Below are positions 22,680 through 32,658 of a stretch of DNA of 32,658 nt, piece after piece. Under the pieces are notes generated by a model that saw nothing but the letters and a program-made list of their open reading frames with translations, did no database searches and was not told where the DNA came from. Numbering within the stretch: position 1 is the stretch's first letter; the number at the start of each line of letters is the position of its first letter. Source of the stretch: Octopus sinensis (lineage: Eukaryota); assembly GCF_006345805.1 (NCBI RefSeq), contig NW_021832225.1, positions 1 through 32,658 on the forward strand. The letters run 5' to 3'. Made by a program: the position numbers and the translations under genes.

Positions 22680-24142
22680 TAACTTAGAATAACTTAGAAA
22701 GGTTTTGGCCAGTATTGGCCCAGGCCATGTCTAACTTAATAGCACCACCTGGCGAAGTCTTTCAATTCAGGTTTGGGCACCAAGGCCCATTCGAGCTGAC
22801 AGTTATTGTTTGCGGAGACATATCTGGGTGTGGATGGTTTGTCCGGCTCTGTTTGAAGGAATTTGTCCAAAGACTTCTTGAATTTTGTGTGGTCAGTTTT
22901 GTTTTGACGTGTCCTGGTGTAATGTTGAGAGAGAGCGGTTCCAATTGAGATGAAATGATTGTGCCGTATTGTTGTTATGAGATGCGATTTAGATATTTGT
23001 GTGGACGGATGGCACGTGTGGTAAGCCTTGGATGTATTTTGAAGGTGATGCCAACATCATTCGGACAGTGCTGATGGAATATTTTCCACATCATACATAT
23101 AATGTAGCGTTCACGGCGTCGTTGGAGTGAAAACAGTTTCAGTTTCACTAGTCTACCCTAGTAGTCAAGGTCTGACATGCCATCTATCTTTTTTGTGATT
23201 GACCGTTGGGGAGCTTCAATTCTCATAATATTTTGTTTTGTGTAGGGAGACCACAGTGGACAGCAGTATGCAAGGTGGGGTCGGGCAAAAGTGGAGAAGA
23301 GAAGGATAATCGTGTGGGAATATCTCGACTGGAAGGTTCTGAGAATCCAGGAACACATTCTGCGGGCCATATCAACTTTGCTGCTTATATGTGTAGCCCA
23401 GCTTATGTTGTTGTCCACTGTTACTCCCAAGTCTCTGATGTTGTTAGACGCCATGAGAATTTCTCCAGAAGGAAGGCAGTATGGGAGTTTTAGAGCGTCC
23501 TCCCTTCCAAAGTGGATCAGTTCGAATTTGTCTTTGTTTAGTAACATGTTATTCTTTTCCGCCCATTGGAGAACAGCCAGTAGGTCTGACTGAAGGCTTA
23601 TTCGGTCATCCACGCGATTGATGACCTTCTGGAGCTGGGAATCATCAGCGAAAGTTCTGATGTTATTGTATTTGATGGTGTCAGTAATATCATTAATGTA
23701 GATGATGAAGAGAAGTGGGTCCAACACAGTGCCGTGTGGGACACCACTGCTGACTTTGGCTGGGCTGGATTTGACTCCTTCGACTACAACATGTTGGGTT
23801 CTGTTAGACAGGAAGCACTTGATCCACTGCAGCAGCTTTCCAGTGACACCAATATTGGACAGCTTTCTCAAAAGGATGTTATGATCAACCCTGTCAAAGG
23901 CCTTGCTGAAATCAAGGTAGATGACATCAGTGTTGGAACCTTCTCCCAAGGCTCTCAAAATGTCATCAAAATGATGCAGTAGCTGCGTCAGGCAATCTCT
24001 TCCATTACGGAATCCATGCTGGTTGGAGTTCAGCATATTATGACTGCCGAGGAAGTGAGTCATACGCGATCTCAGCACTCTCTCAAATACCTTAATGATA
24101 TGAGAGGTGAGTGAGATTGGACGGTAATTCATGGCAAGCGAT
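22678..24142 (-). mobile_element. CR1-clade LINE, 5'-truncated (RT domain through 3' UTR)
   Basis: ORF 23158..24132(-): NYRPISLTS, QHGF, YLDFSKAFDRV, GVPHGTVL-x-PLLF, FADD, RDLGV. Downstream LFSLQRRRER motif after a stop. 3' terminal short tandem repeat (TTCTAAGTTA)2 at ~22680-22699. Confidence 0.92.
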
Positions 24143-24303
24143 TTGTTTCATACATATATACATACATATATATATATATATATATATTTATATACATAAA
24201 TGCATGCATTCATACATATAGACGTGTATATACCCACATACGCATATATACTATCTAAAACAAAAGAAAACCCGATCATGTCCAAAGGGTAGTACTGGAT
24301 AGG

Positions 24304-24411
24304 GTGAGTACTTTACATAGTTTTCGGGTGTAATTAAATGTAAATTATAATGTTTATTTGTTAAAGTGAACAGCAGAAAATTTGCACGTGTATGTTTGTC
24401 TCTTCTTGCAG
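24304..24411 (+). other. Candidate 108-bp spliceosomal intron
   Basis: Donor AGG|GTGAGT at 24304 and acceptor TGTTTGTCTCTTCTTGCAG| ending at 24411. Confidence 0.35.
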
Positions 24412-24589
24412 GAATGCAAGCGTGCCCTTCGCATGCGAAAAACAAACGCACCTACATCTTAAACTGTCATGTCCTTTATTAATATGTAAAGGGAAGGAAC
24501 TCTAAAAGTTGATTTTCAGTTATCTCCCTTAATTATGTAGTTAAGAGTATGTAAACTTTTCTGGTTATTTTCTGTTTTGTACACTTAAT

Positions 24590-24694
24590 TTTTCAATCAT
24601 TTGACTGCGGCCATGGTGGAGCAATGCCTTTATTCGTGTAAATCGACACCAGGACTTATACTTTGTAGGTCTAGTATTTAAACTATCGGCCACA

Positions 24695-24741
<47 letters not shown>

Positions 24742-24905
24742 ATATATATATATATTCCATGCCGCAGCAGCGCCTTTATTCGAGAAAATCGAAACCAGGA
24801 CTTAATCTTTGTGGGCCTAGTATTTAATCTATCTTTCTCTTTTTGACGAAACGCTAAGTTACGGGGACATGAACACAATAGCACCGGTTTTCAATCGGTG
24901 TTAGA
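24590..24905 (-). mobile_element. Two partial tandem SINE tails separated by (CA)n(TA)n
   Basis: CATTTGACTGCGGCCATGGTGGAGCA is the reverse complement of the tail at 225-260. GCCTTTATTCG...CCAGGACTTA..CTTTGT occurs twice (~24625 and ~24772). Confidence 0.7.
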
Positions 24906-24946
24906 GGGATAAACATTACAAAATCCCTTGTGAACAAATTTATTGC

Positions 24947-25461
24947 TTAGCCCTTGGTCAACCCTGACTGTGCAGGCCTGAGATCAAAAGCATTCTAGCT
25001 GTGACCATCCTGTCCTTTTCCTATTTGCAATGACCATATAACCATGTGAGTTCACATGTCCTTGTTTTAAGATACGAGGCAGATGTGGCTGCTACATCTA
25101 ACAGACCTAACCACCACATAGACAATCTCTCATTGGTTCATTATTAGCTTGTGCAAATAAATAGACAGGAACAGTTTGACAGGACCCTGCTCAGATTTCA
25201 GTAGACGCATCAGATAGCATTTTTATCTGATGTGTACTTACTACTACCACAGAAACTGTGGTTGTTCAATAGGATTGAGTATTGGGTATATCTATTGATG
25301 AGGGGGTCTATTCATATCCATTCCCTGTCTTCAGTCATCATATGTTGTCAGAATCATAAGGATGCCTTCCTCACACTCATATTTGGGTATTTAAACATGA
25401 TGTAGCTAACCCCTCTCTCTGTCAAACCTCAGTGGAAATCTTTCAAAGAAAAAGAGAGAAT

Positions 25462-25529
<68 letters not shown>

Positions 25530-27537
25530 AGAGTGCAAAATATAATGATGTATTCCTTTCAGTACCTGATGTTGTATTGAAAGAATGAAAAAGCAAAGTT
25601 GATGTTGATGGGATTTGAACTCAGGGCACAGAATGCCAGAATGACTACTTCAATACATTCTAAGCAATCCACTAACAATCCTGTCGAATCCCCAAGTAAC
25701 AACTGGCAGGTATTTAATGCATGGAACATGCTTGGATGGAGTTGAAAGGCAAGGGGAGGTAATCCCTGTTTTCCTTTACCAGTGAGTGTTGCTAATTAAA
25801 CCATCACCCATGTTGCTAATTGCACTTTAATTAGCAGATCGTTCGCAGTCATTATCTCCTGTGTTAACATTTCCTTTATTTACATTTGACAGCAGTTCAT
25901 TATAAAAAGTCTATTTGAAATGTCTCATCTTGTCAATCGGCTTCTACTATTTGGTTATTAATAACCAAATTTTGAATATGTTTTCATAATGATGCCTTTA
26001 ATGGACTTATGTCTGCAAGTTTATTTGAAGTATGATAATTTTTTTTTGTTTTTATTCCAGTTTGTGAATTTGTTTCATATTAAAATTTTGTATGAAGTCA
26101 CTACGTTTTACCCCCTTATTACATTTTGTCTGATTTTTAAATTTAAAAATTTAAAACAAGATAAAAAGAAAAGAAAAACAGTTTTCATTAGGAGCAGTGT
26201 TATATATTTTTAAATATAAAAATGAGAAATTTAAAAGCAAATATTTGAACAGCATTGTTAAAAACAACAACATTGTGTAATTCCTTCTGTCAAATATAAT
26301 TCTTCAGAAAAGAACAAGCATTATCAATATATTCTGTTTTTAATTTAATTATTTCTTCTCAATTCAATTTAGCTGCTTTCAAATTATTTCAGAGTTTGCA
26401 CTTGTGTAGATAATGCAACACTTAAGGGACATTGATAATTGAACAAGACAAGTTTACATATTTTCAGTTAATAATCTCATTACTTAATTTCAACAGGAAT
26501 AATCCTTTACAAGAGTCTTCCCCATGACCACCACACCTCCCTCCCGCTCATCCTTCCACCTTCTCTTCAGGCTAAAAAATTATTCTCAATTTTCAGTTTT
26601 CCAGGAAGCAAACGAATGTATCTGCCAATAATTTCCCAAACATATTTTGATATTGTTGAGCTAACAGACAACTGACTAAAATCATTATTATTATATTATT
26701 ATTATTATTATATATAACATATTGAATTCTTCAGGCTGGAATTACCTATAAAAGATATTTATATTGGAGTATTAGAGTGGGGGGGATGGGGGGAAGGAAG
26801 AATATTTTTAAATCCTTCATTTACTGATGAAGTAATTTTAATTACACAAGACCCGGCAGGACAAGTGAGACCATAACCCGTGGCCTCTACACGGGATGTA
26901 GCCAGTCCACTTATGCATACCGCTCCTTCTTAGGACACAAAACTCTACTTGTGAAGACCTGTTGAGGCAAGTGAGAATCGTAATCGATCAGCATCAATGG
27001 AAATTGCAGCTGTGATACTAGTGCCGGTGGCACGTAAGTGAACCATCCGAACGTGGCTGTTGCCAGCGCCGCCCCGACTGGCCTCATGCCGGTGGCACGT
27101 AAAAAGCACCATCCGTTCGTGGCCATTTGCCAGACTCGCCTGGCCCCCATGCCGGTGGCACGTAAAAAGCACCTTCCAATCATGGCTGTTTGCCAGACGT
27201 GTCTGGCACCTGTGCCGGTGGCACGTAAAAAGCACCCACTACACTCAAGGAGTGGTTGGCGTTAGGAAGGGCATCCAGCCGTAGAAACATTGCCAGATCA
27301 GACTGGGCCTGCTGGCTTCCCAGACCCCAGTTGAACCGTCCAACCCATGCCAGCATGGAAAGCGGATGCTAAACGATGATGATGATTATGAATTTTATGA
27401 GTTAAAATAAACAAAAGACACTGGAACGCCATCCTTCTCCACCGCCATTAATACAAAGATAATGAAGAACATAATCCAACCAACATCTATTTCACAAAGA
27501 CACAAATATTAAAGTAAACAATATTCTTGAAAAAAAA
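24947..27537 (+). repeat. Direct segmental duplication, copy B (contains an extra 672 bp at 26011-26682 and a SINE at 26848-27386)
   Basis: See copy A. The flanks of both extra blocks are contiguous in copy A. Confidence 0.95.
26848..27386 (+). mobile_element. SINE with four 63-65 bp internal units and (GAT)n tail
   Basis: TGCCGGTGGCACGTAA starts at 27022, 27087, 27150 and 27213. Tail ...GCGGATGCTAAACGATGATGATGAT. Absent from the equivalent site in copy A (22071/22074). Confidence 0.9.
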
Positions 27538-27539
27538 CT

Positions 27540-28851
27540 TTCTTATTTGTTTTTTCTTTTTTGGTTTTTCAAAGAATTCCATTCTCGTTGTTTTCTTTGA
27601 AATGTACAGTCCAGTTTTCCTTATTCTTGTTCCAAACAATTCCGTCAATTTCTCGACTCTCTCTCTCTCCAACAGTACTGCTCTTTCCTCGCTACCAAAC
27701 ACCTCTTCATCCAGTCTTACTCTTATTAAATTCTTCACATTTGCAATCTTTTCCTCAATTCACACAATCTTATCGTAAATTATCATCATTCAGTCGGCTG
27801 CTTTCTTTGCCTCACATATTCCATTCTCCTCCTTACTTCCCCTTTCCACTCCTCATATTTCTCCTCTTTGTCTATTTCTTCTCTCCTTCTTGTTGTTGGC
27901 TCTGGGGTTCGATTTTCACTCGTCTCTTTTCTCTACTAATTTTTTCTCTTGTACTTTTACCGCTTTTCTCTTCTTTTTCAGTTTTTGGCAGTGACTCCGC
28001 ACTTGTTCTTTTTCTGCCTCCTATTTCCTCCTCCTTTTCCTCCACCACTATTACTTCCTCCACCTCTGCTTAGTTCTCCGTTCTTTCCTCATCTCTGGGG
28101 ACACCTTGCCTTCATGTGTCCTCTTGTACCGCAATTATAACATATTGGAGGCTTCCCCTCCACCACAATTCTCAGCCGGGTGTCATCGGGGAGCACCAAC
28201 TCCTCTGCTATCTTGTGCAAGTCAGGCAGGGTTATATGGACCAAGATTTCCAGTCTAAATCCCCATCAGTTTATCTCAGCCAATTTTGCCACCTTGATAA
28301 TCTTGGTCTCCTCCTCACAGTTGTACAGGATAGCTTCCAACAGCCATTCCTCCTCTATTTTGGGTGGCATTCTCCCTATCTGTACTCTTGCCACTCTTTT
28401 ACCACATTAGGTTGGCAAAAGTGCTCACCTGGCTGATCTCAACAGCATCGTGGAGTACTTTTTCGTTTCCTCCTCATTCACGAAGTGAACTTCCACCATG
28501 CCGTACTTCCTTCCACGAGTACAAAACGTCGTTACTCCCTTCACTTCGCTCAGGCATTCCTCTGCTACTTCCACTCTTTTTGTTTCTACATCCAGCATTC
28601 TGTATATTATTATTTTCCTCTCTGCTCTTTCCATCGCTTCTCCTGGGGTATCAGCCTAAGGCAGTCTCCCTCTTTTTTAAATAATCCTTGTACTTTCCGA
28701 AATCCTTCTGCTCCAACACCAATTCTTTCAATCGCAGAATGTCAGCTGGCAGGCTTTTGCCCGCCACTGCGGTGTAACTGCCTATTTGTTGTTCCTCCAT
28801 TTCACCCAAAAATGGGGAAGAAAAAGAAACAACATTAACAACAATTAACAA
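27540..28851 (-). mobile_element. L1/Tx1-like LINE ORF1 (gag-like) remnant, no ORF2
   Basis: Hand translation LRIVVEGKPPICYNCGTRGHMKARCPQ gives a C-x2-C-x4-H-x4-C knuckle at 28101-28142. Upstream frameshifted pieces 28651..28851 and 28425..28634 (YGMVEVHF, RRM-like). Downstream E/K/R-rich tail. The clade assignment is inferred. Confidence 0.7.
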
Positions 28852-29563
28852 ATCTCAAAAATATAACAGTATCCAAAGTACAACAATGCACAACTCGCAT
28901 CGACAATGCTATTCAAATTTTCTAACACCCACAAAAGAAAAACAACATTATTTCATTACTTAAACATGCAAGCGGTTGTTGTTAATAGAAATTCAAACGT
29001 GCCGGTTTCAAATTCCCGTAAGCCTATACAATTTTATTACAACCATTTTTATTTCTATACCCTTTCAAAGAGTAGATGAAAACCTATGGTTGCAGAAAGG
29101 GATCACCTCAGTAAATTTAAAGTTTTGGGCCCAAAAAACTTAAGGATGGAAGGGATTCCTTAACACATAGCTTATACTTATTTATATTTACTCTGAAGTA
29201 AGGGTCCCTCAAAATAACAGACCATTCCAAAGAATATATTTTCTCATTACTCTTTAAACCATGTATATAAGAGGCAAGTGTAGTAGAATTAAAGTGGGCC
29301 CTATGCCTACTGTACTGCCTTTATAAAATTTATCTAAATTACCCTCCTCTTTAGCAACGCATGACTAATCTAAAAGTAAACCCAGCAGACTAGTTCAAAT
29401 TTTCTGACACCCAGCCATCAAAAAAAAAAACGAATTATTTTATTGCTAATCATGCAGGTAGTTGTTGTTAATAGAAATCCAAACCGTATTAACATACACA
29501 TATACACATATATTTGTATATACATATATATATACACATACACACACACCTATATTTGTATAT

Positions 29564-29597
29564 AGCCGAGCCGAGTCGAGCCGAGCCGAGCCGAGCC
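29564..29597. repeat. (AGCCG)n pentamer, ~7 copies
   Basis: AGCCGAGCCGAGTCGAGCCGAGCCGAGCCGAGCC. Confidence 0.9.
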
Positions 29598-29639
29598 CTG
29601 GCCCCCATAGCGCTCATTGTGGCGTCGTAGCCTTGGACA

Positions 29640-29760
29640 GTGAGCCCCAACAGGTCTTTGCAAGCAGAGTTTAGTGTCCAATGAAGGAAAGGTACGCATA
29701 AGTAGGCTGGTTACACCCGCTGGCATAGGCCATGAGGTTATGGTCTCACTTGGCTTGTAA
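29640..29760 (-). mobile_element. 5' fragment of the 26848-type SINE
   Basis: CAACAGGTCTT...GGTTATGGTCTCACTTG matches the reverse complement of 26855-26975. Confidence 0.75.
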
Positions 29761-30270
29761 CCCATAAAAGCCCTCAATGACTCAACAGAGCTCAGAAACA
29801 CGTCCTCCTCCGCCACGTCACCTTCAGCACCATGGAGTTATCTAAACTAATACAGAACTCTGAATTAATTAGTCATGGTTCTAACAACGGAATGCTCACA
29901 CCGAACCTGATCATGTCAAGACTACATCACTCACTTCTGACATTTCCTTTTATTTTTTAACTGGTTCCAATCAGACTGTGGCCATACTGGAGCACTGATT
30001 TCAGAGTTTTATTTGATTTTATTCAGACTTGTACTTTGTACTTTTCACTGGTGGTGTTGGTGATGGCAGTGGCGGAAGTTTGACCAAAACCCCTCAGATA
30101 CAAAAGATAAGTTCATTAAAAAGACAAACAAATAAAAAAAAACAGTAAAGAACAATAAAAGTTGAAAAGCTTTCTTCTTTCTTTCGAAATGGTTTCTCAT
30201 TCGATGGTTGATGCGATTGATGAAAGGAGACTGAATGAATTTTGTTAACTTTTAGTCATGGTTTGGGCCA

Positions 30271-30580
30271 AAGTTTATTAATTTGCATCTCTTAATGCTA
30301 ATTAATTATTAGAAGCCATGAGTGCAGGTGTGGCTTTGTGGTTGGGAAGTTGGCTTCCCACTCATATGATCCTGGGTTCAGTCCCACTGTGTGGCACCTT
30401 GGGCAAGTGTCTTCTACTACATCTCCAGACCAAGCACAGCCTTGGGAGTGGATTTGGTAGACAGAAACTGAAAGAAGGGTGGCGTGCTGCAGAAGAAGAA
30501 ACGTTAGCACGCCGGGCGAAATGCTTTGTGGTATTTCATCTGCCGCTACGTTCTGTGTTCAAATTCCACCGTGGTCGCCA
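30271..30580 (+). repeat. Inverted duplication, left arm (AT flank plus two fused SINE heads)
   Basis: Reverse complement of 32355-32658, with one substitution and small indels near 30477-30500. The SINE heads show A-box-like GTGGCTTTGTGG and B-box-like GGGTTCAGTCCC / GTTCAAATTCC. Confidence 0.95.
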
Positions 30581-30629
30581 TTGCCTGAAGGCAAAAACTG
30601 CACCAGGAATGGGTTTCAATTCCTATATA

Positions 30630-30830
30630 TATACTTTTATCTTTACTTTAGTCATTTGACTGCAGCTATGCTGGGGCATATGGAATATGAAGAGAGAGAT
30701 AAGAAGGGTTTTAGTCGAACAAGGTTTTTGGTTCTAAGGTCTGGTCTACTATTCTATTGGTCTCCTTTGCACCAAACCTAAAGTTATGGGGAATGTAAAC
30801 ACACCAACACTGGTTGTCAACTGGCGGTAA
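30630..30830 (-). mobile_element. Decayed SINE tail
   Basis: TAGTCATTTGACTGCAGCTATGCTGG and AAGTTATGGGGAATGTAAACACACCAACACTGGTTGTCAA match the reverse complement of 100-260. Confidence 0.7.
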
Positions 30831-31619
30831 AGAGACTTGCTTTAACAAAAGGTGAGGGGGCCTCACTCCCAGTGGTCTTTCAGCACGCCGGACACCATCC
30901 TGGAATTTCTGCGTACCCGTGCTAACATTTATTGGATGGCCGTTGACTCTCAAGAGGTCCTCCGCCCTTTGACGGGTTTTTTTTTTTCATCCCGCAGGGT
31001 GTCCAATAAACACCCTCTCCTCCAAGCAAGCTTGTATTGGGTTACATGTTACCAATAGCACTCGAAAGTGACCTGACTGCTACGTACATATGAACTAACT
31101 GTTCATGTATATATCGAAAAAATCACTAGTCATACGAAAAATCAAAAATTAATTCACTTACCTTCGAGTCCAAAATAACTTTTAAACAGATTTCTTCCAG
31201 AAACTGAAGATTTAAAACAACTGAAAAAGTCATCGTTTTTTCCACTGTTTTTCATTTAAAGATGGCTTTCGTTACATCATCCTAAAGACAATGCCTAAGC
31301 CCATTCTACGGCAAAAAAACAACTTAACTAAACTATTCTTAACCCTTTGTACTTTTTGGTCAGAAACATTTTGGAGCTAAAGTAAACAATCATCAAGATA
31401 TCGACCTCTATTGATGTTTGGGAACTGATCTGCCATTTCCGAAAGTATATATATTCAGACCAAATCAGCTACTTGTGCTGAAGCAGATCTTCCCATCGTG
31501 ACATCAAAACCATCGGATGTGTCTTTATGGACCCACATTTATGGACCCATATATATATATATACATATACACGCGCATACGTTCATGAATACACACATAC
31601 ACACACACACACACACACA

Positions 31620-31653
<34 letters not shown>

Positions 31654-32329
31654 CTCAGGGGGCGATTCCAGGTCATCAGCGTCACACGGGCTCATCACAG
31701 ATTTCGTATAAGACACATTTCTACTCGAAGAATTTCACGTTTTCCCGCTTTATTTCTAGCCCCAAATGGCTTATTTTTTTTTACATCTAACACGATGTCT
31801 TTCTCCGTTTCTAAGTTAAAGATTAAAATAAAGCAACCCTGCAAACACAACTGATCTTTGCGCACAGATGCACAGAATAAGAGCAATGAAATTACGACAG
31901 GGGAGTGCACAAGCAAACATCAGCGATCTGACTGTCGCTTGTAATCTTGACAAGAGATGCCAGTTTGTCTTTTACACCTACCAGGCTCGTTCCTATTAGC
32001 CTGAGTTGGTGGATAAATTTTCGTTCCGGATCTTTTCTGTTTGAACGGCAGTTTTTTAAAATAATTTCCACGTAACTAAACACTTTTAAACTTCGTATAC
32101 TGGTAGAATGTGTTTATAAAACATCTTTTTCTCTTGGCTTTATTGAGAAAATTCTATAGTAGGTACGATATTTGTTGCTTATTTTCTTCAATTTCTGCAA
32201 TTTCAACCAATCAATGACGTGTATTGAGGTAAAAGAAAAACATTCTGTGCCGTATGAATATGTCCCTCGTTTAAGAAACAGATTGGGTTTAATTACATTT
32301 CTGAAGAAAAAAATATACCCTTTCCTCAC

Positions 32330-32355
32330 CCCTAACCCTAACCCTAACTAACCCT
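32330..32355. repeat. Short interstitial telomere-like repeat (CCCTAA)3-CTAA-CCCT
   Basis: Directly visible. It abuts the right arm of the inverted duplication. Confidence 0.85.
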
Positions 32356-32658
32356 GGCGACCACGGTAGAATTTGAACACAGAACGTAGCGGCAGATGAA
32401 ATACCACAAAGCATTTCGCCCGGCGTGCTAACGTTTCTGCCAGCACGCCACCTTCTTTCAGTTTCTGTCTACCAAATCCACTCCCAAGGCTGTGCTTGGT
32501 CTGGAGATGTAGTAGAAGACACTTGCCCAAGGTGCCACACAGTGGGACTGAACCCAGGATCATATGAGTGGGAAGCCAACTTCCCAACCACAAAGCCACA
32601 CCTGCACTCATGGCTTCTAATAATTAATTAGCATTAAGAGATGCAAATTAATAAACTT
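32355..32658 (-). repeat. Inverted duplication, right arm (runs off the window)
   Basis: The last base of the window still pairs with 30271, so the arm may be longer. Confidence 0.95.

Noticed and set aside
27022-27236. CRISPR-like repeat/spacer pattern (TGCCGGTGGCACGTAA x4)
   Set aside because: Spacers are homologous to each other (TGCCAG...CTGG hairpin), the array is internal to a multi-copy eukaryotic SINE, and there are no cas genes.
30318-30580. tRNA genes
   Set aside because: Only A/B-box-like SINE heads; no complete cloverleaf.
31156-31164. Perfect minus-strand donor AAG|GTAAGT
   Set aside because: A lone 9-mer with no matching acceptor or ORF; expected by chance in 65 kb of AT-rich strand sequence.
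32330-32355. True chromosome end
   Set aside because: Only about four units, with ordinary sequence on both sides.

Overview
AT-rich, microsatellite-dense eukaryotic genomic DNA. The SINE motifs and repeat landscape suggest an octopus or other coleoid cephalopod; this is from recall, not a database search. No host gene is recognisable: there is one candidate coding exon and one candidate short intron. Most of the window is transposon debris: a near full-length but disrupted RTE LINE (3126-6976), a 5'-truncated R4/Dong-like RLE LINE embedded in (AAT)n (18518-20082), a CR1-type RT fragment (22678-24142), an L1/Tx1-like ORF1 remnant (27540-28851), two Penelope-like (PLE, GIY-YIG) remnants, a FLYWCH/MULE transposase remnant, a Helitron fragment, a Tc1-type MITE and many SINEs. 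The most interesting signals are: (i) three different type I hammerhead ribozyme folds on the minus strand within the first 8 kb, one directly downstream of a PLE GIY-YIG C-terminus; (ii) a near-identical inverted duplication of at least 300 bp at the window end, with telomere-like repeats at its inner junction; (iii) a local ~1.35 kb direct duplication whose copies differ by a SINE insertion and a 672-bp indel; (iv) an HDV-like pseudoknot candidate in the RTE 5' UTR. I found no clearly new multi-gene system. All folds and alignments were done by eye.
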